Of a stretch of 64,000 nucleotides of DNA, positions 29,208-40,747 are shown in pieces. Position numbers and translations under genes: made by a program. Under the pieces are notes generated by a model. That model saw only the letters and a program-made list of their open reading frames with translations, searched no databases and had not been told where the DNA came from. Each line of letters begins with the position of its first letter. Position 1 is the first letter of the stretch. This DNA comes from an uncultured Pelagibacteraceae bacterium. GTDB lineage: Bacteria; Pseudomonadota; Alphaproteobacteria; Pelagibacterales; Pelagibacteraceae. Location of the stretch: NCBI GenBank assembly GCA_902588595.1, contig CACIPT010000001.1, positions 11,948 through 75,947 of the forward strand, given 5' to 3'.

Positions 29208-30097
29208 TTTAAATACTCTCTTTTCTTAGAAAGCTTAAATCTTCTATAAACAAGGATTAAAACTAATAATAAAAATACCGAACCTATTCTAAACTCTGTT
29301 CCAAGAATATAGTCTGCAAATTCTTCAAAAACTCCAAGACCCATGCCAGAAATTGCTACACCTGGTAAATTTCCTAAACCTGCAACAATTACGATCATGA
29401 ATGATCTGATTGTGTAAGGTAAACCCATATAAGGATGTATTGTAAATGTTATTGATATTAAAGCTCCAGCGACACCACAAAGAGCAGCATTTATACCAAA
29501 AGTAGCAGCATAAACTTTTTCTGTATCCACCCCCAAAATTTTAGCAGCTCTTGCGTTTTGAGCTGTGGCTCTGATCGCTCGTCCAAGCTTTGATGTTTTC
29601 ATATAAATCACTAAACAAATTGCAAAAATAATACTTACAAATGCAGAAAATATTTTTGAATTTGGTAAAACAACATTGCTATCAAATAAAAAAGTTGTTC
29701 CATAACCAGAATTTGCAAGAACAACATCTGCTCCAAATGCAAAATTCATTAGTTGCATAAAAAGAATACTTATTCCAAATGTAGCAAGAATTGAGATAAA
29801 TAAATCTCTATCAACTACTTTATTGATTACTAATTTATAAAGTCCAACGCCAACAAAATACATTATGATTGGCGAAACGATTACTCCCCAAGCAGGATGA
29901 ATTCCATACAGGTACATAAAATAAGCAATGTACCCACCTAAAATAACTAAATCACCTTGAGCAATGTTTATAATATTCATCACTCCCCATTGCAGAGCCA
30001 TTCCATAAGCAATCAATGCAAATAAAATTCCAAGAAGTATTCCATCCAAGCAAGCTTGAACGCTAATCATTGGATATTGAAAAACCATAAAATCCAT
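29204..30097 (-). CDS. Branched-chain amino acid ABC permease (LivH-like)
   Basis: ALQWGVMNIINIAQG, LGRAIRATAQN, VIVAGLGN. Confidence 0.92.
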   Translation of the reverse strand: MDFMVFQYPMISVQACLDGILLGILFALIAYGMALQWGVMNIINIAQGDLVILGGYIAYFMYLYGIHPAWGVIVSPIIMYFVGVGLYKLVINKVVDRDLFISILATFGISILFMQLMNFAFGADVVLANSGYGTTFLFDSNVVLPNSKIFSAFVSIIFAICLVIYMKTSKLGRAIRATAQNARAAKILGVDTEKVYAATFGINAALCGVAGALISITFTIHPYMGLPYTIRSFMIVIVAGLGNLPGVAISGMGLGVFEEFADYILGTEFRIGSVFLLLVLILVYRRFKLSKKREYLK

Positions 30098-30109
30098 AAA
30101 CTGCCCTAG

Positions 30110-30144
30110 AAAAAAAAATACCCCCTAGATTTTAGGGGGTATTT
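30110..30144 (-). terminator. Hairpin between binding-protein and permease genes (partial terminator/mRNA stabiliser)
   Basis: AAATACCCCCTAGA-T-TTTAGGGGGTATTT with A-run at 30110-30118. Confidence 0.75.
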
Positions 30145-30156
30145 ATAGATTATTTA

Positions 30157-31395
30157 TTATCTTTCAGACCACTTAGGTACTGGGTGAATTAACTTAGCAG
30201 AAGCCCACTTAAGTGGAGCAACAACTTTGTTTTCACATTTTCCAGAACTATCACAAATAACTTGGAATAGTACCATCGGTTTAGAAACGTTTTGACCGCC
30301 TGGAGCAAATTTTATGTTTCCATAAAAAGTTTGCATATCAGTAGCAGCAAGAGCATCTCTTACTTTCTTTTGATCGAAAGAATTTGCTCTTTCAAAAGCA
30401 TCTTTGAAAACCAACAAAGCAGCTGAAGACTCGGCAGCTTGGTATGGTGGTGCATATCCAAACATTTTATTAAAGTCTGCATCATATGTCATACCATCTT
30501 TAAACCACTTGTCTTTATAAGTTAAAGTTTTATGCCATTGAGAAGCACATAAAGCATACTGAGCATTTTTACCGTGTTGCTTAGATAATTTTGCAGCATC
30601 ACAGTGTGTCATTGCAAGCATTGGAACATCAACTTTCATCTCAGAAATTTGTCTGATAGCAGTCAAAGCTCCTTTTGTATGACCTGATACGACAAGCACA
30701 TCTGGCTTCATTTGTTTTACTTTAACTAAAGTTGCAGCCATATCATTAAGTTCTTTTGGCAATTTATCGTCAATTATAATTTCAGATCCAGTGTCTTTTG
30801 CAGCATCTAAAATACCTAATCTAACGTCTTGAGAAAAAGCATCTTGCTCAAAAGCTTGGGCAATTTTTACACCTTTTCCACCATTTAACTCTACAGCAGT
30901 TCTAATAGCTACATCTAAATACAAGTTTGCTGGCGCTAACACTGCAAATAAATATTTGTATCCTTTTGTAAACAAAGATCTAGATGCACCATTTGCTTCA
31001 ACCATTGGTACTCCATACTTTTCAGTAACTGGCGCCATAGCTTTAGTTAACCCTGAACTGTAAGGTCCAAGCATAAACTCAACACCATCTTGGCTAATTA
31101 ATCTTTCTGCAAGTTGAGCTGCTCTCTTAGGATTTGACTCATCATCATAGTAAATGATTTCAAATTTATAAGTTTTACCACCTACTTTAATACCACCCAT
31201 GCTGTTAATTCTATCTACGGCCATATTGTAACCGTTTTGAGTATGAACACCATTTGATGAATATTTTCCAGTAAGTGAAACAGCGGCACCTAAAACAATT
31301 TTATCTCCAACAACTTTTGCAAAAGAAATAGTTGCCGTAGACAATAAAAGTGCAATTGCAGAAACAAATGTAATTATAAAGTTTCTTATTTTCAT
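30157..31395 (-). CDS. Amino acid ABC transporter substrate-binding protein (HAAT family)
   Basis: Signal peptide; GAAVSLTGKY, YYDDES, LGPYSSGLT, TFYGNIKF. Confidence 0.92.
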   Translation of the reverse strand: MKIRNFIITFVSAIALLLSTATISFAKVVGDKIVLGAAVSLTGKYSSNGVHTQNGYNMAVDRINSMGGIKVGGKTYKFEIIYYDDESNPKRAAQLAERLISQDGVEFMLGPYSSGLTKAMAPVTEKYGVPMVEANGASRSLFTKGYKYLFAVLAPANLYLDVAIRTAVELNGGKGVKIAQAFEQDAFSQDVRLGILDAAKDTGSEIIIDDKLPKELNDMAATLVKVKQMKPDVLVVSGHTKGALTAIRQISEMKVDVPMLAMTHCDAAKLSKQHGKNAQYALCASQWHKTLTYKDKWFKDGMTYDADFNKMFGYAPPYQAAESSAALLVFKDAFERANSFDQKKVRDALAATDMQTFYGNIKFAPGGQNVSKPMVLFQVICDSSGKCENKVVAPLKWASAKLIHPVPKWSER

Positions 31396-31402
31396 TTATT
31401 CC

Positions 31403-31433
31403 CTCTCTCTCTCTCTAATTAATTAATTAATTA
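31403..31433. repeat. Short tandem repeats (CT)7 followed by (TAAT)4 in the leader of the binding-protein gene
   Basis: ccctctctctctctctaattaattaattaatta read directly. Confidence 0.6.
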
Positions 31434-31502
31434 TTTTTCAATTAAACTATTAATTCATTGAAAAAACAATACGCTGATGGTGCAATTGACCTATATCAAA
31501 TA

Positions 31503-32117
31503 TTAATATTGCTGAGTAATTACAATAATTATTGCTATTATAATTAAAACACACGCTGAAATTGTGTTTATTGTTTTTGGATTGGCTTTTAACCAGACAA
31601 CTAGTTTGTTTGCCAGCATTGCATAGGCAACTAGAGATAAAAAATCTAATACTACATAAGTTGTAATTAAAATTAAGAATTGGACAACATAATTAGAACT
31701 AAAATCAATAAACTGCGGAAAAATAAAAGGAAAAAACATCCAAGCTTTTGGGCTTGTTCCTGCAACTAAAAAACCATCTTTATAAAAAGAAAAAAAACTT
31801 TTCTCTGGAATTTCGTTAGAATTTATTTCTTTTGGTCTTGCGTTATAAATATCATAAGCAAGATAACTTATATAAATTACTCCTATCCATTTAAAAGTAC
31901 TTAAAAATAATGGATGATCTGAAATAAAAGACCCGATAACAAATATTACCAATGTTGCTTGAATAATATTGGCTGTTACATCGCCTAATGCTGTCCAAAT
32001 ACATTTATTAACACCATAATTCATTGAATATGAAATAATTACTACCCTAGGTGTTCCGGGCGTAATAAATAAAAAAATAATTATTTGTAAATATAGAAAG
32101 TATTCTAGGGGAAGCAT
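31503..32117 (-). CDS. LysE/RhtB family amino acid exporter
   Basis: ITPGTP, FKWIGVIY, GFLVAGTSPKAWMFF...FPQF. Confidence 0.9.
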   Translation of the reverse strand: MLPLEYFLYLQIIIFLFITPGTPRVVIISYSMNYGVNKCIWTALGDVTANIIQATLVIFVIGSFISDHPLFLSTFKWIGVIYISYLAYDIYNARPKEINSNEIPEKSFFSFYKDGFLVAGTSPKAWMFFPFIFPQFIDFSSNYVVQFLILITTYVVLDFLSLVAYAMLANKLVVWLKANPKTINTISACVLIIIAIIIVITQQY

Positions 32118-32171
32118 TTTGTGGATAGTCCTAAAAAACCGAGAGCTAAAGATGGCTAGATAGGACTATCT
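32118..32171 (-). promoter_or_regulatory. Structured leader sequestering the RBS of the LysE/RhtB gene
   Basis: Perfect 10-bp inverted repeat GATAGTCCTA (32124-32133) / TAGGACTATC (32161-32170); on the mRNA the 3' arm contains AGGA just before the ATG. Confidence 0.55.
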
Positions 32172-32311
32172 AAAAAGGAATATATCATACCCCAAAAATA
32201 TCTCCATTAATCTTTTTTTGAAAAATGTTGAATATTTGTAAAAATTCATTGATCAGATTGGGTCAATTTGTCTGCTATAGAAAAAAATCAAAAAATCACT
32301 ATATATAAAAT

Positions 32312-32566
32312 ATGAAAAATATTACCATGTACACAGGTCCAATGTGTAATTTTTGTGACGCTGCAAAAAGACTATTTTCTAGAAATAATCTTAAATATGA
32401 AGAAATAGATATTTCAACAAAAGATGGTCTAAGAGACGAAATGATAAAAAAAGCAAATGGTAAAAGAACTATCCCTCAAATATTTTTTGACGATCATCAT
32501 ATAGGTGGATACGTTGAATTAAGAGAATTAGAAAAAAAGGGTGAATTAATTAATTTAATAAAATAA
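32312..32566 (+). CDS. grxC: Glutaredoxin 3
   Basis: CNFC active site, RTIPQIF, HIGG. Confidence 0.92.
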   Translation: MKNITMYTGPMCNFCDAAKRLFSRNNLKYEEIDISTKDGLRDEMIKKANGKRTIPQIFFDDHHIGGYVELRELEKKGELINLIK

Positions 32567-32668
32567 TTTTAATAAATTACAGTAGCGGTAACGTCTGGCT
32601 TACCACCATACAGTATAAGAAATACATTTTTATACAGAAAATTTAAAAAAAAAAGAAAAAAAATATAA

Positions 32669-33040
32669 TTATAGTTTTGGCTTAAAAGCTAAACAAATTC
32701 CATTATTGCAATATCTTTTTCCTGTAGGTTCTGGACCATCATTAAAAATATGACCGTGGTGACCTCCACAATTTTTGCAGTGATATTCTATTCTAGGATA
32801 TCCCAATAGATGATCTGTTTTAGTTTCAAATACATCTGGTAATGATTCATAAAAAGATGGCCAACCTGAACCACTTTCATATTTTTTATTAGAATCAAAT
32901 AATTTTACCCCACAATTTGCACAATAATAGCTTCCTTCTCTTTTTTCATTATTCAATTCACTTGATCCAGGTGCTTCAGTTCCTTCATCAAATAAGATTG
33001 ATTTTTGTTCAACTGTTAAATTTGGATTATTTTTTTTCAT
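32669..33040 (-). CDS. msrB: Peptide-methionine (R)-S-oxide reductase
   Basis: GTEAP, CANC, KYESGSGWPSF, GHHGHIFNDGP, RYCNNG. Confidence 0.95.
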   Translation of the reverse strand: MKKNNPNLTVEQKSILFDEGTEAPGSSELNNEKREGSYYCANCGVKLFDSNKKYESGSGWPSFYESLPDVFETKTDHLLGYPRIEYHCKNCGGHHGHIFNDGPEPTGKRYCNNGICLAFKPKL

Positions 33041-33049
33041 AATTTTCTA

Positions 33050-33940
33050 TTAATTTTTTTTATTTGAAAGTGTTATGCCTGCAATAATAAATATTGCTCC
33101 CAAAATATGATAAAACATAAATTTTTCATCAAAAATTAACATTGCCATTATTGCTCCCATGATTGGCATCAAATGGAGAAAAATTCCAGCTCTGTTAGCG
33201 CCAATAATTGAAATTCCTTTTATCCAAAAAAAGAATGCTGCAAGACCTGGAAAAATAACAACATATCCTAAAATTAAATAAAATGGCTTACCCAAAATAA
33301 TTTCATTCCCTATGCTCATCTCAATAAAATATATTGGTATTAAAAAAGTTAATCCGCAAATAATTACAACTTCTAACAAAGAAACCTGAGAAATTTCATA
33401 TTTTTTACTTTTCAAAAGAGCTGAATAGATTGCCCATGAAAACATGGCAACAACCATTGATAAATCCCCTTTATTAAAATCTAAATTTTTTATTAAATTT
33501 AAATCAGCTTTTGTAATTATAAAAATTACTCCAGTTAAGGATAAAATGACTCCTAGAATTTGAAAAACATTAGTTTTTTCAATATTTAAAAGTGAAGAAA
33601 TAAAAATAATCCACACAGGAATAGTTGAAATCATTAAAATTCCACTGATAACTTGAGTGTAATACAACGAATAATAGACGATAGAATTAAATATTGTAAT
33701 GCTGGTAATTCCTAAGATTGTAAAAAAACCTAAATTTTTTAAAATATATTTTTTTTTATTTATTATTTCTTTGTAAGTAAATGGAAGTAAAATCAAACCT
33801 GCAAAAAACCATCTATAAAAATTTAGAGAAAATGGTGGAATTTCAAACATGCTTGCAGCTTTACCAACTATAAAATTTCCAGACCAAAATATAGTTGTCA
33901 GTATTAAAATAAAATAAGCTAGTTTATTGTTGTTTTTCAT
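33050..33940 (-). CDS. EamA/DMT family transporter
   Basis: FWSGNFIVGK, PPFSLNFYRW, GDLSM, IGANRAGIFLHLMP. Confidence 0.9.
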   Translation of the reverse strand: MKNNNKLAYFILILTTIFWSGNFIVGKAASMFEIPPFSLNFYRWFFAGLILLPFTYKEIINKKKYILKNLGFFTILGITSITIFNSIVYYSLYYTQVISGILMISTIPVWIIFISSLLNIEKTNVFQILGVILSLTGVIFIITKADLNLIKNLDFNKGDLSMVVAMFSWAIYSALLKSKKYEISQVSLLEVVIICGLTFLIPIYFIEMSIGNEIILGKPFYLILGYVVIFPGLAAFFFWIKGISIIGANRAGIFLHLMPIMGAIMAMLIFDEKFMFYHILGAIFIIAGITLSNKKN

Positions 33941-33943
33941 GAA

Positions 33944-35188
33944 TTAGGAAAATCTTAAAGAACTATATGGTTTTAAATCTAAATTAGAATTCTCGTTTGA
34001 AATCATTTTAGAAATTATCTTTCCAGATATAGCTCCTAAAGTCCATCCTAAATGATGATGGCCAAAAGAATAAAAAACATTTTTATAATTTTTAGAAGGT
34101 CCTATAACTGGAAGATAGTCTGGCAATGTTGGCCTAAAACCTAACCATTCATCTTCATGGTGATCTGGTAAACCATCTAAAAGATACTTAGCATTATCAA
34201 TTAAATTTCTAATTCTAGATTTAGAAAGTGGATTGTTTAATCCTCCAAATTCAACTGTTCCAACAACTCTTAAGCCTTGTTCCATTGGTGTCATTCCAAA
34301 ACCTCTATTCTGAAATACAACGGGACGTGAAATTAAGTGCTCGCAACCTTTAAAATGAATATGATAACCTCTTTCAGTGTCTAGTGGAATGTTTTCATGT
34401 AGTTTGTCAGTTAATTTTTTTGAAAATGCTCCACATGAAATGACCAATTTATCAAATATAAATCTTTGTGTTTCAGACCTTAATACAGGATTATTTTCAT
34501 CAAAATCTAAATCTTTAATATCTAATTTTAAAAACTTTCCTCCTTTTTTTACAAAGTTTTCAAATAATTTTATCCAAATTTTTCCAGGATTTGTTGCATG
34601 TCTAGCTTTTTCATAAAAAACTCCTGCATGATAGATATTTTTTATATTTGGTTCTAGGTCATGAATTTCCTTTTTATTGAGCAATTGTTGTTCAGCGCCT
34701 ATTTCGTTTCTTATATTAATTTCTAGTTCTCTACTTTTGAGATTTTGATCATTCCAAATATACAAAATGCCTTTATTTTCTAACAACCCAGATAAATTAA
34801 TTTCCTCAAATAATTCATCGTATGCGGGTAGCGCTACATCTAATATCTGATGCATATATTTGGCTGTATGCATCATATTTTTTGTACTACAGTTTTTTAA
34901 AAATTTAAAAAACCAAGGAATCATTTTTGGAACATGATTCCATTTTAAAGCTAAAGGACCTGTAGAACTTAAAAGCATAGCTGGTATATCAGTAATAATA
35001 TCAGGTCTGTTTAAAGGTATTGAAGCGTAAGGTGAAAAATGTCCAGCATTTCCATATGAAGCTGCCTGGTTTCCGGGCTCTTCTCTGTCAAACAAAGTTA
35101 TCCGGTGACCTTTTTTTTGTAAAAAAAGTGCATTACATACGCCTTGAATTCCAGCGCCTACAATTCCAACTTTAAATTTATTAGTCAT
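33944..35188 (-). CDS. FAD-dependent D-amino acid dehydrogenase (DadA-like)
   Basis: GAGIQG, ASYGNAG, ERGYH, WLGFRPTLPDYLPVIG, FGHHHLGWTLG. Confidence 0.87.
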   Translation of the reverse strand: MTNKFKVGIVGAGIQGVCNALFLQKKGHRITLFDREEPGNQAASYGNAGHFSPYASIPLNRPDIITDIPAMLLSSTGPLALKWNHVPKMIPWFFKFLKNCSTKNMMHTAKYMHQILDVALPAYDELFEEINLSGLLENKGILYIWNDQNLKSRELEINIRNEIGAEQQLLNKKEIHDLEPNIKNIYHAGVFYEKARHATNPGKIWIKLFENFVKKGGKFLKLDIKDLDFDENNPVLRSETQRFIFDKLVISCGAFSKKLTDKLHENIPLDTERGYHIHFKGCEHLISRPVVFQNRGFGMTPMEQGLRVVGTVEFGGLNNPLSKSRIRNLIDNAKYLLDGLPDHHEDEWLGFRPTLPDYLPVIGPSKNYKNVFYSFGHHHLGWTLGAISGKIISKMISNENSNLDLKPYSSLRFS

Positions 35189-35251
35189 TATTTTTTATAA
35201 TACATTTTTATTTGAAATTATTTAAAGTGACAAATTATACTTAAGTTTAAT

Positions 35252-36376
35252 TTATGAAATCATTTGACGTCTATAGATTTTTGTACTCATAACTATACCA
35301 AGACCAATCATTGTAGCTAACATAGAGGAACCACCATAAGACATTATTGGTAGTGGAGAACCAACTATAGGTAGTAAACCTAAAACCATTGCCATATTCA
35401 CTGTTATATAAACAAATATTGCAGAACCAAAACCATAACAAAAAAATTTACCAAAAAAACTTCTTGAAAATGACCCTATTCTTATAATTCTGAATATTAA
35501 AATTGCATATACTACAAGTAATAAAATTGAACCCACAAAACCAAACTCTTCAGAAAATAATGTAAAAATAAAGTCTGTATGTTTTTCTGGTAAAAATTCT
35601 AAGTAGCCTTGTGTTCCTTTTAAAAAACCTTTGCCAATAAGGCCGCCAGAACCAACAGCAATTTTTGATTGTATAATTTGATAACCTGCACCTAATGGGT
35701 CCTTATCTGGATCAAAAAAAGTTAGGATTCTCAATTTTTGATAAGGTTTTAAAAAAGAGATTATAAATGGTGCTGAAATAATAAAAATTAAAGATGAATA
35801 AATAAAGTATTTAGCATTTACTCCTGCGAGCCATAAAACAATTATTCCACTTAAAGCAATTAATATAGATGTTCCAAGATCGGGTTGGGTTACTACAAGT
35901 GAAATTGGTACAAATAAAATTAATATTGGTATAATTATATTTCTGAGTTTATTTACATTTGCAATCTGAACCCTATGATAATATTTTGCAAAACAAAGAA
36001 TAATTGCTATTTTCATTAGTTCAGAGGGTTGTAAGTTTATAAAATATAAATCAATCCATCTCTGAGAACCTTGGGCAGTTATGCCAAATAAAGAGGCCCA
36101 TATTAAAAGTCCTAACACAATTACATAAAATAAATAACCAAAAGTGTGCCACGTTTTAATATTTATAAATGAAATAAAAATCATCATTGTAAAGAAAACC
36201 AAAAATCTTATTATATGACTTTCGGAATGATATAGTAATTCTCCTCCATCTGTTGAATACATTGCTAATGAACTTATTATTCCTAAAATTAATATACAAA
36301 AAAGCATTATATAATCTAAGGATCTTAACTTTTGAAAAAAAGTTGATTTATCTGATAAAGAACTTTGAATAAACAT
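35252..36376 (-). CDS. rodA: Rod shape-determining protein RodA (SEDS glycosyltransferase)
   Basis: GSQRWI, LQPSELMK, QPDLGT, GAGYQIIQSKIAVGSGG, LPEKHTDFIF, SYGGSS. Confidence 0.97.
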   Translation of the reverse strand: MFIQSSLSDKSTFFQKLRSLDYIMLFCILILGIISSLAMYSTDGGELLYHSESHIIRFLVFFTMMIFISFINIKTWHTFGYLFYVIVLGLLIWASLFGITAQGSQRWIDLYFINLQPSELMKIAIILCFAKYYHRVQIANVNKLRNIIIPILILFVPISLVVTQPDLGTSILIALSGIIVLWLAGVNAKYFIYSSLIFIISAPFIISFLKPYQKLRILTFFDPDKDPLGAGYQIIQSKIAVGSGGLIGKGFLKGTQGYLEFLPEKHTDFIFTLFSEEFGFVGSILLLVVYAILIFRIIRIGSFSRSFFGKFFCYGFGSAIFVYITVNMAMVLGLLPIVGSPLPIMSYGGSSMLATMIGLGIVMSTKIYRRQMIS

Positions 36377-38349
36377 TATACGTCAGTTAAGTATTTTATT
36401 TGAACTTGTTCTCTTAAATCGTGTCTATCAATAACAGATTTAAATAATTTTTTAGCAATTGGAGCAGCAGTTGAGCTACCAGAGCCCCCATGCTCAATTA
36501 AAATACTAACAGCATATCTTGGATTTTTATATGGGCCAAAAGCTATGTACCAAGCATGATCTCTTTCTTTGTAAGGAATTTGATTTATTTTTAAATCAAG
36601 TTCTCTTTCTTCTTTGGTTATTCTTTTTACTTGAGCAGTTCCCGTTTTACCTGCAAATTGATATTTAGGATCTTCAATTCGAGAAGAAAAAGAAGTTCCA
36701 TAAATTTCGTTTGTAGAACTAAACATTGCATCTAAAACAAATTTAACATTTTGCTTATTTCTATATAATGCATGATAATTTTTTTCATTTATATTAAAAA
36801 ATTTTTCTGTAGCTGAAAGAAGTTTTGAATCTTTTTCATTATTTTCACCTGCAAGTTTCATTTTTTGTTTTATTTTTTCAATAGACTCTTGTTTTTTATC
36901 TAGAATTATTTTTGGATAAATTTTATGACCTCCGTTTGCAAGTTGAGCTGTCATTAAACATAATTGCAGGGGAGTTACTTGAATGTAACCTTGCCCAATA
37001 CCATTTATTAATGTTTCTCCTAAATACCAGTTTTGACCAATAGCTTCTTTTTTCCATTTTGTTGATGGAACAATACCTTTTTTTTCATTAAAAAATCTAC
37101 CGAGCACTATATCTCCAAGACCAAATTTTGTTGCTGTTGCATTTAATCTATCTACTCCTAATAATCTTGATGCTTCATAGAAATAGGTATCACAAGATTG
37201 TTTAATTGCATTTTTAAGTGACATGTATCCATGCCCCTGCTTTTTCCAACAATGATATTTCATACCATATAGTTCTAATGGATGCTTATGCCCTCTACAA
37301 TTTACTTTAAAGTTTGGAGAAACTACATCATTCTCTAAAGCAGAAAGTGCTACAATTGGTTTAATTGTTGAGCCTGGTGAATATAAACCTGAAACAGTTT
37401 TGTTCAATAAAGGTTTTAATGGATCATTTTTGATTTCGCTCCATTTATTTTTTTTAATTCCATATAAAAATAAATTTGGATTAAAAGAAGGAGAGGAATT
37501 CATTGCAATTATTTCTCCAGTATAGATATCCATAACAGAAATAGATCCCGCTTTTTCTTTTAAAAGTTCCTGAGTATATTTTTGAATTTCAGTATCTATT
37601 GTAAGTTTAATTGTTTTTCCTTGTTCGCCTTCTTGAAAATCTATTTGGTTAATCCTTTTCCCATAAGCATTTACTTCAAATCTTTGAATACTATTTTTTC
37701 CTATTAAATCTTCTTCTAGTGCTTTTTCTAAGCCTATTTTACCAACTCTTAAGCCTGGAACATTTCTCTGTTTAATTATATCACTACTTACTAAATCATT
37801 AACACTTGCCTCAGAAACATATCCTAGCACATGTGTATAAGTTTCATTATATGGATAGTTTCTTCCTACCGTTAACACTGGTCTTATACCTGATAGTTCA
37901 TGAAGATAAAAATTAATTTTTGAAAATTCTCCCCATGTCAAATTTTCAGAAATAATTAATGTTTCCCATGGTTTTTGTTTATTTTTCTTTTTAATTAAAT
38001 CTTGTAAATAACTATCACTTAAATTTAAAATATCTTTTATCCTTACCATTAAAGTTTTAAAATCTTCAACTTGTTCAGGTACAACATGTAATTGATAAAC
38101 TGTTAAATTTTTTGCGATTCTATTTCCAAAATAGTCCTCAAATTCTCCTCTTATTGGTGGGAGTCTTGCTTCTCTTAATCTATTTTTGTCTGATAAAGTT
38201 AAATATTTTTTATTTTCACTAATTTGAAGTGAAAATAATCTGCCTACAATCCCACAAAAAACTATTGTTTTAGCGGCAGCAAAAATAAACATTCTTCTAT
38301 TTATTGTGTTTGTTTTTTTAAATCCAGAATCTTCTCCACTACCAATCAT
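36376..38349 (-). CDS. mrdA: Penicillin-binding protein 2
   Basis: SxxK (GSTIKP), QSCDTYFY, KTGT; synteny with mreD and rodA. Confidence 0.96.
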   Translation of the reverse strand: MIGSGEDSGFKKTNTINRRMFIFAAAKTIVFCGIVGRLFSLQISENKKYLTLSDKNRLREARLPPIRGEFEDYFGNRIAKNLTVYQLHVVPEQVEDFKTLMVRIKDILNLSDSYLQDLIKKKNKQKPWETLIISENLTWGEFSKINFYLHELSGIRPVLTVGRNYPYNETYTHVLGYVSEASVNDLVSSDIIKQRNVPGLRVGKIGLEKALEEDLIGKNSIQRFEVNAYGKRINQIDFQEGEQGKTIKLTIDTEIQKYTQELLKEKAGSISVMDIYTGEIIAMNSSPSFNPNLFLYGIKKNKWSEIKNDPLKPLLNKTVSGLYSPGSTIKPIVALSALENDVVSPNFKVNCRGHKHPLELYGMKYHCWKKQGHGYMSLKNAIKQSCDTYFYEASRLLGVDRLNATATKFGLGDIVLGRFFNEKKGIVPSTKWKKEAIGQNWYLGETLINGIGQGYIQVTPLQLCLMTAQLANGGHKIYPKIILDKKQESIEKIKQKMKLAGENNEKDSKLLSATEKFFNINEKNYHALYRNKQNVKFVLDAMFSSTNEIYGTSFSSRIEDPKYQFAGKTGTAQVKRITKEERELDLKINQIPYKERDHAWYIAFGPYKNPRYAVSILIEHGGSGSSTAAPIAKKLFKSVIDRHDLREQVQIKYLTDV

Positions 38350-38861
38350 GTTTTAATCCTTGAAATAATATTTCTATATAGATCAAAAAAAAATGAAAAA
38401 ATGTAATATAGCAAAAATGTAAATATTATATTTCCCAGTATTTCATAATAATTAATTTCTATTGAAAAAAATAACATTAATAAGAAATAATTAATTGAAT
38501 TTGCAACTGAGATCGTAAATAAAAAATAAAACCAATCTTTAAAATTATTTGGTCTTAAAGTAATATTTCTAAGATAAGCAGCAAATCCACAAATAATTAA
38601 ATATGTTAAACTACTAATACCTATTGGAAAACCTAAAACTGCATCATTAAACATTCCAGCTATGAAAATATATCCATAGCCAAGTGTTTCTATTCTTTTT
38701 AAGCTCCAGTAAAAAATTAATATAAATGGAAAATTAAATGAAAAATATTGATAGTTAAGATAATTAAAATCAAATTCATTAAACACAGATAAAAAAAGTA
38801 ATATAATCGGAAAATACAATAGTATTTTATTAAATACTGAAATCCTAAATTTTGAACTCAT
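38346..38861 (-). CDS. mreD: Rod shape-determining protein MreD
   Basis: Hydrophobic, FIAGMFNDAVLGFPIGIS; between mreC and mrdA. Confidence 0.85.
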   Translation of the reverse strand: MSSKFRISVFNKILLYFPIILLFLSVFNEFDFNYLNYQYFSFNFPFILIFYWSLKRIETLGYGYIFIAGMFNDAVLGFPIGISSLTYLIICGFAAYLRNITLRPNNFKDWFYFLFTISVANSINYFLLMLFFSIEINYYEILGNIIFTFLLYYIFSFFFDLYRNIISRIKT

Positions 38862-39706
38862 TAATTTTTATCCTCTTCGAATGATACTAGCTTAACAAAA
38901 GTTAATTGTGATAATTTGGAAAAAAAAGTAACCGTACTTTCTTTGTCTTGTTTTTCATTATAAATACCCACTGGAATGCCTGATTTAAACAATCCGCCTG
39001 ATCCAGAAGTATAAACAATACTTTCGTCTCTAACGTCCATTTCTTTTTCAAAATATTCTATTTTCCCATTTTGTTTTCCAGTTCCAGTTAAGATAGATTG
39101 GATATTTCCAGGCTCCAATCCAACTGGAATTTTACTGTTTAGATCTGAAACCAATAAAGCTCTAGCAGTCGAATAGTTAACTTCAACAATTTTACCTACC
39201 AAGTAATTTCTATCTAATACCGCCATCCCAAGCTTCACATTGTCTTTGGAACCTTTATTTACAATTATTGATTTTAAAAAAGGGCTATCTTTATCAATTA
39301 ATACTTTTGCGACCAATTCTTCAGAGTTATAGACATACTCATCTATATTTTTTTTTAGTCTTTTGTTTTCTTCTTTTAAAAACTGAACATCGTATTTTTC
39401 AGATTGAAGTTTATTTAATTTTTCTTTAACTAATAAATAATCATTATAAACATTGTAATGATCTTTAACTCTATCAGAAAGATTTTGAATTTTTTTTTCT
39501 GGAACAGATACAATAAATGAAGACCTATAAACAATTTCGTTTAAAGTAATTTTAATATAATTATTTATTGGAAAATTAATTTTGCTTAAAATTAAAAGTC
39601 CTAAAGAAAAAAAAATTAATCCAATTAAAGAAAATCGCTGTTTATTGCCTTTTTTTATAAACGCTGAACGAATAGCTATTACAAAGTCATCTCTACTCGT
39701 TGCCAT
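38861..39706 (-). CDS. mreC: Rod shape-determining protein MreC
   Basis: Coiled coil ENKRLK, INKG-like VNKG, LVGKI, DLNSKIPV, TSGSGGLF. Confidence 0.94.
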   Translation of the reverse strand: MATSRDDFVIAIRSAFIKKGNKQRFSLIGLIFFSLGLLILSKINFPINNYIKITLNEIVYRSSFIVSVPEKKIQNLSDRVKDHYNVYNDYLLVKEKLNKLQSEKYDVQFLKEENKRLKKNIDEYVYNSEELVAKVLIDKDSPFLKSIIVNKGSKDNVKLGMAVLDRNYLVGKIVEVNYSTARALLVSDLNSKIPVGLEPGNIQSILTGTGKQNGKIEYFEKEMDVRDESIVYTSGSGGLFKSGIPVGIYNEKQDKESTVTFFSKLSQLTFVKLVSFEEDKN

Positions 39707-39712
39707 AATTTT

Positions 39713-40747
<1,035 letters not shown>

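Noticed and set aside
32575-32615. GC-richer patch with GGTAA/TTACC inverted repeat between grxC and msrB
   Set aside because: Stem is only 5 bp, with no clear U tail or recognisable RNA family; insufficient support
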